The position numbers and the translations under genes are program-made. The notes under the pieces were generated by a model that was not told where the DNA came from, searched no databases, and worked only from the letters and a program-made list of their open reading frames with translations. DNA of 47,124 nt from Actinomycetota bacterium. GTDB taxonomy: Bacteria; Actinomycetota; Acidimicrobiia; Acidimicrobiales; Ilumatobacteraceae. The stretch covers positions 1 to 47,124 of the forward strand of contig VGBY01000001.1 of the NCBI GenBank assembly GCA_016870295.1, in the 5' to 3' direction. Positions 1-9,245 of the stretch are shown piece after piece. How positions within the stretch are numbered: the stretch's first letter is position 1; each line of letters begins with the position of its first letter.

Positions 1-85
1 GTGTCGAAGGGGGGACTTGAACCCCCACGCCCTTTCGAGCGCCAGCCCCTCAAGCTGGTGCGTCTGCCAATTTCGCCACTTCGAC
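1..85 (-). tRNA. tRNA-Leu (anticodon GAG), class II with a long variable arm. The 3' CCA runs off the window start.
   Basis: The reverse complement reads GTCGAAGTGGCGAAATTGGCAGACGCACCAGCTTGAGGGGCTGGCGCTCGAAAGGGCGTGGGGGTTCAAGTCCCCCCTTCGACAC. Acceptor is GTCGAAG/CTTCGAC, the anticodon loop is TTGAGGG, there is an extra arm, and the T-arm is GGGGG-TTCAAGT-CCCCC. Confidence 0.9.
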
Positions 86-153
86 GTGGTGTGAGACCAT
101 CAAACTATCGCCCGATTGGGCACCGCTACCCGTGGCGAGCCGTGGCTCGTCGG

Positions 154-393
154 TCAGGCCGAGAGCAAGATGCCGAGCGCGGTCACCGTCAAGAGCCACA
201 CCAGCGCCAGCACGGTGGTGATGCGGTTGAGGTTGCGCTCCGCCGCCGCCGAACCGAGGGCCGCCGCTCCGCCGCCACCGAACATGTCCGACAGACCGCC
301 GCCGCGCCCGCTGTGCAGCAAGACACCGACGATCATGCCGATCATCGAGAACACGTTCACAACGACGGTGATGATGGTGATTGCATTTCGCAC
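154..393 (-). CDS. secG: Preprotein translocase subunit SecG
   Basis: 79 aa with two hydrophobic helices separated by a Gly-rich loop (LHSGRGGGLSDMFGGGG). This is typical SecG size and motif. GTG start at 393. It sits in the expected neighbourhood downstream of tpiA. Confidence 0.85.
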   Translation of the reverse strand: MRNAITIITVVVNVFSMIGMIVGVLLHSGRGGGLSDMFGGGGAAALGSAAAERNLNRITTVLALVWLLTVTALGILLSA

Positions 394-418
394 CTCAACA
401 TCCTACCGACGCAGTCGC

Positions 419-1408
419 CTACGCCTCTGGGTGATGGCAGGCCGACAGTTGACCCGTCGCGCGCATCTCGAGCACGGGTTCCACCGTGGCGCACAGTTCC
501 GTCGCCTTCCAGCAGCGCGTTCGGAAACGGCAGCCGCTCGGCGGATTCACCGGCGACGGTACGTCTCCTTCCAACATGATGCGCGAGCGCTGGCGTTCGA
601 CACGTGGGTTCGGCACCGGCACCGCCGACAAGAGCGCCTTGGTGTAGGGATGTGTCGGGTGTTCGTAGACCTGTTCTGCCGGGCCGATCTCCATGATCTT
701 GCCGAGGTACATCACTGCAACGCGGTCAGCGATGTGGCGCACCACCGACAAGTCGTGGGCGATGAAGACGTACGACATCCCGAGTCGCGCCTGAAGATCC
801 GCGAACAAATTTACGACGCCGGCCTGGATGCTCACGTCGAGGGCCGAGACTGGCTCGTCGAGCACGATCAGTGCCGGGTCGAGTGCTAGCGCTCGGGCGA
901 CACCGATTCGTTGGCGCTGCCCGCCGGAGAACTCGTGGGGAAACCGTCGGGCGTGATCGGCTGCCAGACCCACCAGTTCGAGCAGGCTCACCACTTTTTC
1001 TTCGTGGTTGCCGGGCACTCCTTGCACCACGAGCGGCTCGGCAATCGAGGCGCCGACGGTCATCTTCGGATCAAGCGATGCGTACGGATCCTGGAACACG
1101 ATTTGCATCTTGCGTCGGAGGTTTCGCATCTCTTCGACATCCACGTGGGCAAGGTCTCGGCCTTCGAACGTCACCGTGCCACTGGTCGGCTCGATCAACC
1201 GCAACACACAGCGACCAACCGTGGTCTTGCCTGAGCCGCTCTCACCCACGAGTCCGAGCGTTTCCCCACGCGCCACCTCGAACGACACATTGGTCACTGC
1301 CTGCACCACACGCTTGCGGCGACCACCACGCTGCGAACGCATATGGAATTCCTTGACGAGGCCCTGCACGCTGAGCAACGGCGGGTTCTTTGAGGAATCA
1401 GTCATCAC
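419..1408 (-). CDS. ABC transporter ATP-binding protein, oligopeptide/dipeptide (OppF/DppF-like)
   Basis: Walker [13 protein letters not shown] signature FSGGQRQR, Walker B LIVLDEP. Cys-containing Opp-type C-terminal extension ([18 protein letters not shown]...ACHH). Confidence 0.88.
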   Translation of the reverse strand: MMTDSSKNPPLLSVQGLVKEFHMRSQRGGRRKRVVQAVTNVSFEVARGETLGLVGESGSGKTTVGRCVLRLIEPTSGTVTFEGRDLAHVDVEEMRNLRRKMQIVFQDPYASLDPKMTVGASIAEPLVVQGVPGNHEEKVVSLLELVGLAADHARRFPHEFSGGQRQRIGVARALALDPALIVLDEPVSALDVSIQAGVVNLFADLQARLGMSYVFIAHDLSVVRHIADRVAVMYLGKIMEIGPAEQVYEHPTHPYTKALLSAVPVPNPRVERQRSRIMLEGDVPSPVNPPSGCRFRTRCWKATELCATVEPVLEMRATGQLSACHHPEA

Positions 1409-1442
1409 CCGCTCATCCCCGTCGCGCCCTGGACAATGTGAG

Positions 1443-2414
1443 TCATGACGAGGTCAACACTTCCTCGGCGCGAATGCACGCACTGTGCGATGCGCCGATT
1501 TGTCGGAGGGTCGGCAGGGTTTCGCCACATTCGGCGACGGCGTGCGGGCAGCGGGCGCGGAATGCACACCCGGCAGGCGGGCGCAGCATGTTCGGTGGGA
1601 ATCCTGCGATTGGCGACAAGCGCTCGACGCCGGCCTGTGGTAGCGACGCAAGCAACCCACGTGTATACGGGTGCGATGGTGCATCGAAGATGTCGCCGAT
1701 TTCGGCACGCTCAACGACACGACCCGCGTACATCACGTTGACTCTCTCGCACACCCTGGCAACCACCCCGAGGTCGTGGGTGATCAGCACGACGGCAGTA
1801 CCGAACTGCTTCTGCACCTTCTGGATGACCTCCAAGATTTGTGCCTGCACGGTGACATCGAGCGCCGTCGTCGGTTCGTCGGCAATCAACACCTTGGGGC
1901 TGTTGGCAATGGCGATCGCGATCACCACTCGTTGACGCATTCCACCGGAGAATTCGTGCGGGTATTGCAGAGCGCGATCGCCCGACTGCGGAATGCCGAC
2001 GATCTCCAGCAAGTCGACCGACCGCGCCTTGGCGGCCTTGTCGCTCAGCTTCTGATGGGCCTGCAACATCTCCGCAATCTGGTCACCCACCCGATGCACC
2101 GGGTTGAGTGCCGAGAGCGGATCCTGGAAGATCATCGACATCAGCTGTCCGCGCACCGCGCGAAGTTCCTTCGACGACGCCCCGACGAGTTGGCGACCAT
2201 CGAGCAGCACCGATCCGGTGATCGTCGCAGTTTTTGGCAAGAGTCCCATCGCAGCGAGGAAACTCACCGACTTGCCCGAGCCCGACTCCCCCACCACCGC
2301 CAACATCTCACCGGCGCGCACGTCCAGATCGATACCGCGTACGGCGGCGAGAGGTCCGAGCGGGGTCGTGAACGTCACCGTCAAATCGCGAATCTCCAGC
2401 ACCGGCGCGCTCAT
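1443..2414 (-). CDS. ABC transporter ATP-binding protein, oligopeptide/dipeptide (OppD/DppD-like)
   Basis: Walker [10 protein letters not shown], signature FSGGMRQR, Walker [12 protein letters not shown]. Cys-rich C-terminal tail ([18 protein letters not shown]). 4-nt overlap with the upstream permease gene. Confidence 0.88.
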   Translation of the reverse strand: MSAPVLEIRDLTVTFTTPLGPLAAVRGIDLDVRAGEMLAVVGESGSGKSVSFLAAMGLLPKTATITGSVLLDGRQLVGASSKELRAVRGQLMSMIFQDPLSALNPVHRVGDQIAEMLQAHQKLSDKAAKARSVDLLEIVGIPQSGDRALQYPHEFSGGMRQRVVIAIAIANSPKVLIADEPTTALDVTVQAQILEVIQKVQKQFGTAVVLITHDLGVVARVCERVNVMYAGRVVERAEIGDIFDAPSHPYTRGLLASLPQAGVERLSPIAGFPPNMLRPPAGCAFRARCPHAVAECGETLPTLRQIGASHSACIRAEEVLTSS

Positions 2415-3334
2415 GCATCCCTCTGCAATCGCGGATCGGTTGCATCACGCAGCGCGTCACCGATGAAGTTGATGCACAGTGCGATGACCACCAGCGTGAG
2501 ACACGGGAACAACGCGAGATGCCAGAAGCCGGTGTTCACGGCGCCCTTGGCCTGCCCGACGAGGATGCCGAGCGACGTGGCCCCGTCGCCCGCCTGCGGT
2601 CCATAGCCGAAGAATGCGAGTGTTGACTCGCTGATGATTGCCGACACCACGGAGAACGTCAGCGCAACCATGATCGGGCCGATCGAATTCGGCAACAGGT
2701 GGCGTCGCACGATGTACCACCGGCTGGCACCGACTGCACGTGCCGCTTCGATGAACTCGCGCTCCTTCAAGGCCAACACTTGACCGCGCACGATTCGCGC
2801 AACCCCCATCCATCCGAAGATGGCGAACAGCACGATGATGAACCGCACCGAGTTGAGCTCCCCCGTCACTGGTTTCAGCCACGAGATACCGCCGATCATG
2901 TTTCGCATCACGAGCAAAGTGACGAGGAATGGGAAGGCCAAGAAGAGATCGGTCACGCGCATGACCACGTCGTCGAAACGCCCGCCGCGGAAGCCGGCAA
3001 CGGAACCAATCAGACAGCCGATTGCAACAGATATCAAACCCGAGAAGATGCCGATGATGAGCGACACGCGCACGCCGTAGATCAAGCGGCTGTAAAGGTC
3101 GCGACCGATGTCATCGGTGCCGAGCCAGGCGTTCGCCCGCGGTGAGAGGAAGTAGTTCGGTGGCGCCTGCACGGATTCGTTCACGCCGTAGCGGGCGGTG
3201 AATGGCGACAATGCCACGAAGATCACCAATGTCGCCATGATGAACACACTGACCACGGCGGCTCGGTGGCTGACAAAACGGTCGTACGCCATTCGTCGCG
3301 GCGAGATCGTCGGGAGTGCCACGTCGTCAGGCAA
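2411..3334 (-). CDS. ABC transporter permease (OppC/DppC-like)
   Basis: Multi-TM protein with the binding-protein-dependent transport EAA loop (FIEAARAVGASRWYIVRRHLLPN). Overlaps the neighbouring cistrons. Confidence 0.85.
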   Translation of the reverse strand: MPDDVALPTISPRRMAYDRFVSHRAAVVSVFIMATLVIFVALSPFTARYGVNESVQAPPNYFLSPRANAWLGTDDIGRDLYSRLIYGVRVSLIIGIFSGLISVAIGCLIGSVAGFRGGRFDDVVMRVTDLFLAFPFLVTLLVMRNMIGGISWLKPVTGELNSVRFIIVLFAIFGWMGVARIVRGQVLALKEREFIEAARAVGASRWYIVRRHLLPNSIGPIMVALTFSVVSAIISESTLAFFGYGPQAGDGATSLGILVGQAKGAVNTGFWHLALFPCLTLVVIALCINFIGDALRDATDPRLQRDA

Positions 3335-4301
3335 GGCGAATCCTCGGGTCGAGCCAGGCGTACGAGATGTCGGCGAGCAGGTTGAAGAACAGGGTCGAAG
3401 CCACGATGATCACCATCCATGGCATGAGCAGCGGAAAGTCACCTTCGCCGAACGCCGACAGGAAGTACTTGCCCATCCCCGGATAGCTGAACACATTCTC
3501 CGTGATGATCAAACCACCAACGATCGCTCCGACGTCGAGGGCTGCAATCGTGACGACGGGGATCAATGCATTACGCAATCCGTGCCGGAACAACACGCGC
3601 GCCTCGCTGATGCCCTTCGACCGGGCCGTGCGCATGTATTCGCTGTTCAGCACATCAAGCAGCGATGACCGCATGTAGCGCGAGTACACCGCAATGATCT
3701 GGATGGCGACGACAAACGTCGGCAGCACCATGTGCTTGAGCATGAGGCCGAGATCAAAACCCAGTTGCCCGGGTGGGTAGACGCCTGAGGTGGGAAACAG
3801 TGTTGAGCCGAACCAGCGACTCCAGTAGACCGCAAACAACAACTGGAAGAGAATCGCCGACACGTACGGCGGGATCGAGATGCCCACGAAGGCAGCGGTG
3901 TTCACGGCGACATCGCGCCGACCCCCTGGGCGCAAGGCGGCGAACACGCCGAGCCCGAGGCCGATGACGATGCCGACACTGCTCGCTGCAACACCAAGCC
4001 GGATGGTGTTGGCAAGTGCATCCTTCAGCTGCGGCCACACTTCGCGCGAGCCCTTGATGCTGCGCGGCCAATCGAGCGTGACGAAATTGCCCAGCCAACG
4101 GAAGTAGCCCCGCACAAAGTTCGGATCGAGGCCGTTCACCTCGATGTACTGCGCAATCTTGGCTTTGGAAGCCCGCGGATTGATTCGCTTGTAGCTCGCC
4201 ACCGGATCGGTGCCGATCCGCAGTGCAATGTACACGAGAAACGTGACGAAGATCAGCGTCGGTATCGCCCAGGCGAGGCGTCGCAACACGTACCTGAGCA
4301 C
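3327..4301 (-). CDS. ABC transporter permease (OppB/DppB-like)
   Basis: Six predicted TM segments. EAA-type loop YMRTARSKGISEARVLFRHGLRNALIP. N-terminus MLRYVLRRL is typical of OppB/DppB. Confidence 0.85.
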   Translation of the reverse strand: MLRYVLRRLAWAIPTLIFVTFLVYIALRIGTDPVASYKRINPRASKAKIAQYIEVNGLDPNFVRGYFRWLGNFVTLDWPRSIKGSREVWPQLKDALANTIRLGVAASSVGIVIGLGLGVFAALRPGGRRDVAVNTAAFVGISIPPYVSAILFQLLFAVYWSRWFGSTLFPTSGVYPPGQLGFDLGLMLKHMVLPTFVVAIQIIAVYSRYMRSSLLDVLNSEYMRTARSKGISEARVLFRHGLRNALIPVVTIAALDVGAIVGGLIITENVFSYPGMGKYFLSAFGEGDFPLLMPWMVIIVASTLFFNLLADISYAWLDPRIRLA

Positions 4302-4351
4302 GGGTCAAAACTACTTCAGACTGCGCTGCTCGTCACATGCCGCACAACGAA

Positions 4352-4393
4352 ACGGCGCGCAGGCCAAGCCTTGCGGCAAGACCTGCGCGCCGT
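4352..4393 (-). promoter_or_regulatory. Strong intercistronic stem-loop between the binding-protein and permease genes. Possible partial terminator or mRNA stabiliser.
   Basis: Perfect 12-bp GC-rich stem, acggcgcgcagg (4352-4363) pairing with cctgcgcgccgt (4382-4393), and the 18-nt loop can itself pair. A second 7-bp hairpin (accgttc-aat-gaacggt) lies at 4401-4417 just after the SBP stop. The trailing sequence is only weakly U-rich. Confidence 0.45.
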
Positions 4394-4425
4394 CGCGCGA
4401 ACCGTTCAATGAACGGTGCTCGTCC

Positions 4426-6174
4426 TTACTTGATGGCGACCTTTGGCTCGCCCTTCAGCAGGTTGGTGATGACGTACGCACCATCGTTGGTGGTGGCAAA
4501 CGCACCAGGCATGACCTGGTTGATCGTCGTCCAAACCATCCACGAGGAGTTCGCACACTCCGTCACCGGGTTCAAGCACTCTGGCCACTGCTCGGCGCCG
4601 ATGACGACTTTGCCGTCACCGTCGAGGTCGGTCCAGAGGTGGTTGTTGATGAACGAGGTGAAGTTGCGCAGCTCGGCATCAACCGGGCCACCCACCTTAT
4701 CCGTGCGCCAGAAACCCGACTTGGGGAACTGGAACAGCGGCAGCATCACGCTGTCCGCGGCCATCAACTTGAGCGCACTCTTGATCATTTCCGCACGCTT
4801 GGCTGCATCCGGCTCGAAGTCCGCATTGTGGAGCAAGTCGGAAGCTTCCGCGTTGCACCAGCCCTGCGAGTTCTGGCCTTGGTTGCTGTTTGCCTCTGTG
4901 GGGATCTGGTCACAGGTGAACGACGGCGTGAGGTAACCCGGGTCCGGCGGAGCGGTCGAGATATACATCGCCATGTCGTAGTCGAGGGCTGGCAGACGCT
5001 GCTGGAAGTAGCAGGCCGCATCGCAGTTGTCTGCGCGCACCTTGAAGCCGGCCGCATTGAGCAGCGGAATCAGGTAGGCCTGGGTGTTCTCGCGACGGGT
5101 GTTGCCCGTGTTGATGATCCAGCGGATGTCCGGCGCGGCACCGGTCGACGGATCGATCCAGTAACCATCGGCACCCTTGGTCCAACCGTTCTCGGTCAGC
5201 AGCGCTTCGGCGCCAGCCGGGTCGTATGCATTGGCGAATTCATCGCCATTGCAGTACGGGCCAGGCACCATCGGGCCACACTGCAGCGGCGATTCGCCAC
5301 CGAGCGGCACGTAGATCTGCTGGAAGAGCGCATCGCGGTCGATCGACTTGGAGAACGCTGCACGGAATACCGGGTTGGCGAACGGACCACACTTCTGTTG
5401 GAAGTAGAAGCCCTCGTAGTCACCACCGAATTCCTTCTTCAGGGTGATGTTCGGATCGGCAAACGCCTCTTCGATACCACCGAAGAACTGCGGGTAGGCG
5501 AAATCGATTTCGCCGGCCTTGAGTGCCGCGGCTTCCGTGTCGCTGTCAGCCAGCGGCACCATGACGAGCTGCTTGGCGACGGCCTTGTCGGCGCCCCAGT
5601 ACTTGTCGTTCGGTACGTAGACCACCTGGCTTGGGCTCCACGACTTCATCTTCCACGGGCGACCCGAGAAGCCGATGAATTCGGCAAAGTCCGCCGAGAT
5701 GTCGGACGTGTTCTCCACCGAGGATGCCTTGAGCAATCCACCGAAGAGACCCTTGTAGGGGCCGTAGACGCTCTTGAAGTCGATGACAACTTGCTTGTCG
5801 CTCGAGCCTGCGGCCACCGAGGTGATCTGGTCGTAGCCGACCGTGCTGATGGAGCCGGGCGTATTGAGCGCGGCTTCCCACGTCGCCTTGAAGTCGGCGA
5901 ACGTGATTGGTGAACCGTCTTCCCAGACCGCCTCATCGGCAAGGTCGTAGGTCACGGTCATGCCGGCACTGGCCGGCGGGGTGTAGCTGTAGTCGTAGGT
6001 GACTTCGGCACACTGTTCAAGCGTCGGATACGAAACTGGCTCAGCAGCCGGCTCCTCCGCCACAGTCTCCTCAGTCACGGCTTCTTCGTCGTCACTGCCA
6101 CCGCACGCCGACGCGACAAGCGCGACCGCGAACAGCGAAGCAGCGAAACGAATCGCCTTGCTGTGTTGCTTCAT
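4426..6174 (-). CDS. ABC transporter substrate-binding lipoprotein, family 5 (peptide/nickel type)
   Basis: 582 aa. Signal peptide with lipobox LVASAC followed by a GGSDDEE linker. Size and position at the head of the Opp/Dpp-type operon fit. SD-like ggggagg lies upstream of the ATG at 6174. Confidence 0.8.
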   Translation of the reverse strand: MKQHSKAIRFAASLFAVALVASACGGSDDEEAVTEETVAEEPAAEPVSYPTLEQCAEVTYDYSYTPPASAGMTVTYDLADEAVWEDGSPITFADFKATWEAALNTPGSISTVGYDQITSVAAGSSDKQVVIDFKSVYGPYKGLFGGLLKASSVENTSDISADFAEFIGFSGRPWKMKSWSPSQVVYVPNDKYWGADKAVAKQLVMVPLADSDTEAAALKAGEIDFAYPQFFGGIEEAFADPNITLKKEFGGDYEGFYFQQKCGPFANPVFRAAFSKSIDRDALFQQIYVPLGGESPLQCGPMVPGPYCNGDEFANAYDPAGAEALLTENGWTKGADGYWIDPSTGAAPDIRWIINTGNTRRENTQAYLIPLLNAAGFKVRADNCDAACYFQQRLPALDYDMAMYISTAPPDPGYLTPSFTCDQIPTEANSNQGQNSQGWCNAEASDLLHNADFEPDAAKRAEMIKSALKLMAADSVMLPLFQFPKSGFWRTDKVGGPVDAELRNFTSFINNHLWTDLDGDGKVVIGAEQWPECLNPVTECANSSWMVWTTINQVMPGAFATTNDGAYVITNLLKGEPKVAIK

Positions 6175-6328
6175 GAATTCGACCTCCCCGTCGAATGAGG
6201 TGGGGCGTCACCCCCAAGAATGATGACTACCTCACCTTAGCCCCGACCTGTGAAGAGGGACGCAGCCAGCAGGGGTCGTCCATCGCGGGGCGCGGCTAGC
6301 CCCAGTTGTCACGCCCAACAGGGCCCGC

Positions 6329-7114
6329 CTATACGGCGTGGCGGCGGTACTGCACGATCCGGGCGAACTCCGTGGGGTCGAGGCTTGCTCCCCCGACCAG
6401 CACCCCATCGATATCCGGCATCCGCATGATCTCGGCGATGGTGCCGGCCTTGACACTGCCCCCGTACTGGATGCGCACCGCCTGTGCGGCGGGGCGCGAG
6501 ATCAACGAGGCGACCTCTTCGCGAATTGCGGCGATTACCTCCTGGGCATCTTGAGGCGATGCATTCTTGCCGGTGCCGATGGCCCAGATGGGTTCGTAGG
6601 CAATCACCATCGACTTCACTTGCTCGGCGGTGCGCTTGGCGAGGGCGGCGCGTATCTGCGTCTTCACCTTGTCGAGCGTGAGACCTGCTTCTCGCTCGGC
6701 GAGTGTCTCACCGACACAGAGAATCGGCGTCATGCCGTGCTTCTGCACGGCGACCACCTTGCGGGCGACGAAGTCGTCGGTCTCGCCAAACAACTCACGA
6801 CGCTCGCTGTGCCCCACGATCACATACTGCACACCGAGCTTGGCGAGAAACAGCGGCGAAACTTCGCCGGTGAACGCACCCTTTTCTTCGTGGTGACAAT
6901 TCTGCGCACCCAATTTGATGCGTAACTGATCGGCGTCGATCAGCGTTTGCATACTGCGGAGATCGGTGAATGGCGGATGAATGGTCACATCGACTGCGTC
7001 GAAGTCATCCTTCTGGAGGAGGTACGCCAACTTCTGCACACATTGGATTGCCTCGAAGTGATTGTTGTTCATCTTCCAGTTGCCACTGACGATGGGTGTG
7101 CGCTCACCTTGCAT
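6329..7114 (-). CDS. tpiA: Triosephosphate isomerase
   Basis: Motifs SGNWKMN, VIVGHSERR and AYEPIWAIGTG. 261 aa. Overlaps the pgk stop by 11 nt. Confidence 0.95.
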   Translation of the reverse strand: MQGERTPIVSGNWKMNNNHFEAIQCVQKLAYLLQKDDFDAVDVTIHPPFTDLRSMQTLIDADQLRIKLGAQNCHHEEKGAFTGEVSPLFLAKLGVQYVIVGHSERRELFGETDDFVARKVVAVQKHGMTPILCVGETLAEREAGLTLDKVKTQIRAALAKRTAEQVKSMVIAYEPIWAIGTGKNASPQDAQEVIAAIREEVASLISRPAAQAVRIQYGGSVKAGTIAEIMRMPDIDGVLVGGASLDPTEFARIVQYRRHAV

Positions 7115-8216
7115 TCGGTGCCTCCCGCAACGCCTTCAGGCCGGGCAAATCGCCGAACTCGAGAAACTCGAGCGAGGCTCCGCCGCCTGTTGAGACATGA
7201 TCCACGTCATCGTCCAAGCCGAACTGCGCGAGCGCGGCGGCAGAGTCTCCCCCACCGACCACCGTGAACGCCTTCGTGTCTGCCATTGCCTGAGCAACAG
7301 TACGTGTTCCTTTGGCGAAGCGTGCGTCTTCGAAGACGCCCATCGGGCCGTTCCAGAACACCGAGCGCGCGTCCATGATCGCGTCGCTGAATGCCGCCGC
7401 CGTGCCCGGGCCGATGTCCATACCCTTGGCTCCGTCGGGCAACCGTCGGCCGAACGTGGTGTACACGCCGTCGGCATCGACGCCGATGATGTCTTCTGGA
7501 AGCATGATCGACTTGTGTTTCTCCAATAGACCGCGACAGCGGTCGATTTGGTCGCGCTCGCAGATGGAGTCGCCGACTGGATGGCCTTGCGCGGCAAGAA
7601 ACGTAAAACACATGCCGCCACCGATCAACAACTGATCACACATCGCGACGAGCGCATCAATCACGCCCAGTTTGTCGCTCACCTTTGCCCCGCCGAGCAC
7701 GGCGACGAACGGCCGCTTCGGTGTGGAGCGCAATCGGTCGACGACTTCCACCTCGCGCTGAATCAGTCGTCCTGCTGCCGACGGCAACGTGCGTGGTGGG
7801 CCCACGATGGACGCGTGGGCGCGATGTGCGGCACCAAACGCATCGTTCACATACATGTCGACGCCCTGCACGAGTTCGGCAACCGTGGCCTCGTCGTTGG
7901 CTTCTTCACCGGGTGAGAAACGCAAGTTCTCGAGCAGCCCCACTCCCGGAGCCAACTCGGCCAGTCGTGCTCGCACTGGCGCCATCGAGTACTTCGGCGT
8001 CGGCTGGCCCTTGGGTCGGCCGAGATGACTCGCGCACACCACCTTTGCCCCGCGCTCAGTGAGCCAGGTGATGGTGGGCAGCGCGGCACGAATGCGAAAG
8101 TCATCGGAGATCGACCGGGCATCGTCGCCACCACTCATCGGCACGTTGAAGTCGGTGCGTACGAGCACGGTTTTACCGCGCACATCCCCCAGGTCTTCTA
8201 GCAGAGGCAGTTTCAC
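7104..8216 (-). CDS. pgk: Phosphoglycerate kinase
   Basis: Motifs VRTDFNVP, SHLGRPKG, FWNGPMGVFE and STGGGASLEFLE. GTG start at 8216, 12 nt after the gap stop. Confidence 0.95.
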   Translation of the reverse strand: MKLPLLEDLGDVRGKTVLVRTDFNVPMSGGDDARSISDDFRIRAALPTITWLTERGAKVVCASHLGRPKGQPTPKYSMAPVRARLAELAPGVGLLENLRFSPGEEANDEATVAELVQGVDMYVNDAFGAAHRAHASIVGPPRTLPSAAGRLIQREVEVVDRLRSTPKRPFVAVLGGAKVSDKLGVIDALVAMCDQLLIGGGMCFTFLAAQGHPVGDSICERDQIDRCRGLLEKHKSIMLPEDIIGVDADGVYTTFGRRLPDGAKGMDIGPGTAAAFSDAIMDARSVFWNGPMGVFEDARFAKGTRTVAQAMADTKAFTVVGGGDSAAALAQFGLDDDVDHVSTGGGASLEFLEFGDLPGLKALREAPNAR

Positions 8217-8228
8217 GCGCTGAAAAAA

Positions 8229-9236
8229 TCAGGACAAGCTGCGGCCGATGTGGCTGGTGAGATCGACGAGACGATTGGAGTAGCCCCACTCGTTGTCGTA
8301 CCAACCGAGCACCTTCACGAGGCTGCCCATGCTCATCGTCAGGTCGGCGTCGTACACGCAACTGTGCGGGTTGCCCACGATGTCGCTCGACACGATCGGA
8401 TCGGTGCAGTACTCGAGCACGCCCTTCATCGGCCCGCTCGCTGCCGCCTTGAACGCGGCGTTGATTTCCTCGGTCGTTGCCGGCTTACCGAGATTCGCCA
8501 CGAAGTCGGTGATCGACCCCGTCGGTATCGGCACGCGCAGTGACGTGCCGTCAAGTTTGCCTTTCATCGCCGTCATCACGAGGCTGGTGGCGCGAGCGGC
8601 ACCTGTGGAGGTCGGCGTGATGTTGATCGCGGCGCCGCGGGCACGACGCAGGTCCTTGTGCGGACCGTCGACGAGCATTTGATCGCCCGTGTACGCGTGC
8701 ACCGTGGTCATCATGCCGTTCACCACGCCGAACGCATCGTCGAGCACCTTCACAAGCGGCACGAAGCAGTTGGTCGTACAACTCGCGTTCGACACCACCT
8801 GGTGTTTCTTTGTGTCAAAGTCGGTGTGGTTGACGCCGTAAACGAACGTGGCGTCGGCGCCCGTCGCCGGCGCTGAGATGATCACCACGCGGGCCCCACC
8901 CGCCAGATGGGCGGCCGCCTTCTCGCGTTCAGTAAAGAAGCCGGTCGACTCGACGACCACGTCGACGCCCAACGACTTCCACGGCAAATTCTGCGGATCA
9001 CGCTCGGAGAGCACCTTCAACGTCTTGCCATCGACGGAGAGACCATCGTCGGTGGCAAGAATCGTGTTCGGCAGAACTCCCATCACCGAGTCGTACTTCA
9101 GCAGATGGGCCATCGTCTTCTTGTCGCCGAGGTCGTTGACGGCCACGATCTTGATGTCGGATTTGCTCTTTTGTGTGGCGCGCCAGAAGCTGCGCCCGAT
9201 ACGGCCAAAGCCGTTGATTCCCACGCGTACGGTCAT
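8229..9236 (-). CDS. gap: Glyceraldehyde-3-phosphate dehydrogenase (type I)
   Basis: INGFGRIGR Rossmann motif and catalytic SNASCTTNC. 335 aa. Confidence 0.95.
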   Translation of the reverse strand: MTVRVGINGFGRIGRSFWRATQKSKSDIKIVAVNDLGDKKTMAHLLKYDSVMGVLPNTILATDDGLSVDGKTLKVLSERDPQNLPWKSLGVDVVVESTGFFTEREKAAAHLAGGARVVIISAPATGADATFVYGVNHTDFDTKKHQVVSNASCTTNCFVPLVKVLDDAFGVVNGMMTTVHAYTGDQMLVDGPHKDLRRARGAAINITPTSTGAARATSLVMTAMKGKLDGTSLRVPIPTGSITDFVANLGKPATTEEINAAFKAAASGPMKGVLEYCTDPIVSSDIVGNPHSCVYDADLTMSMGSLVKVLGWYDNEWGYSNRLVDLTSHIGRSLS

Positions 9237-9245
9237 GGCCAGAGC

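Noticed and set aside
4210-5913. A long (567 aa) plus-strand ORF antisense to the substrate-binding protein gene. Similar long antisense ORFs occur at 10053-11348, 11583-12623, 15231-16508, 17103-18788, 21001-22422, 27649-28623, 29142-30182 and 42851-43681.
   Set aside because: Each lies fully inside, and antisense to, a gene with unambiguous conserved motifs. Their translations are Arg/Ala/Gly/His-rich low-complexity strings with no recognisable motifs. This is the expected stop-codon depletion artefact of high-GC DNA.
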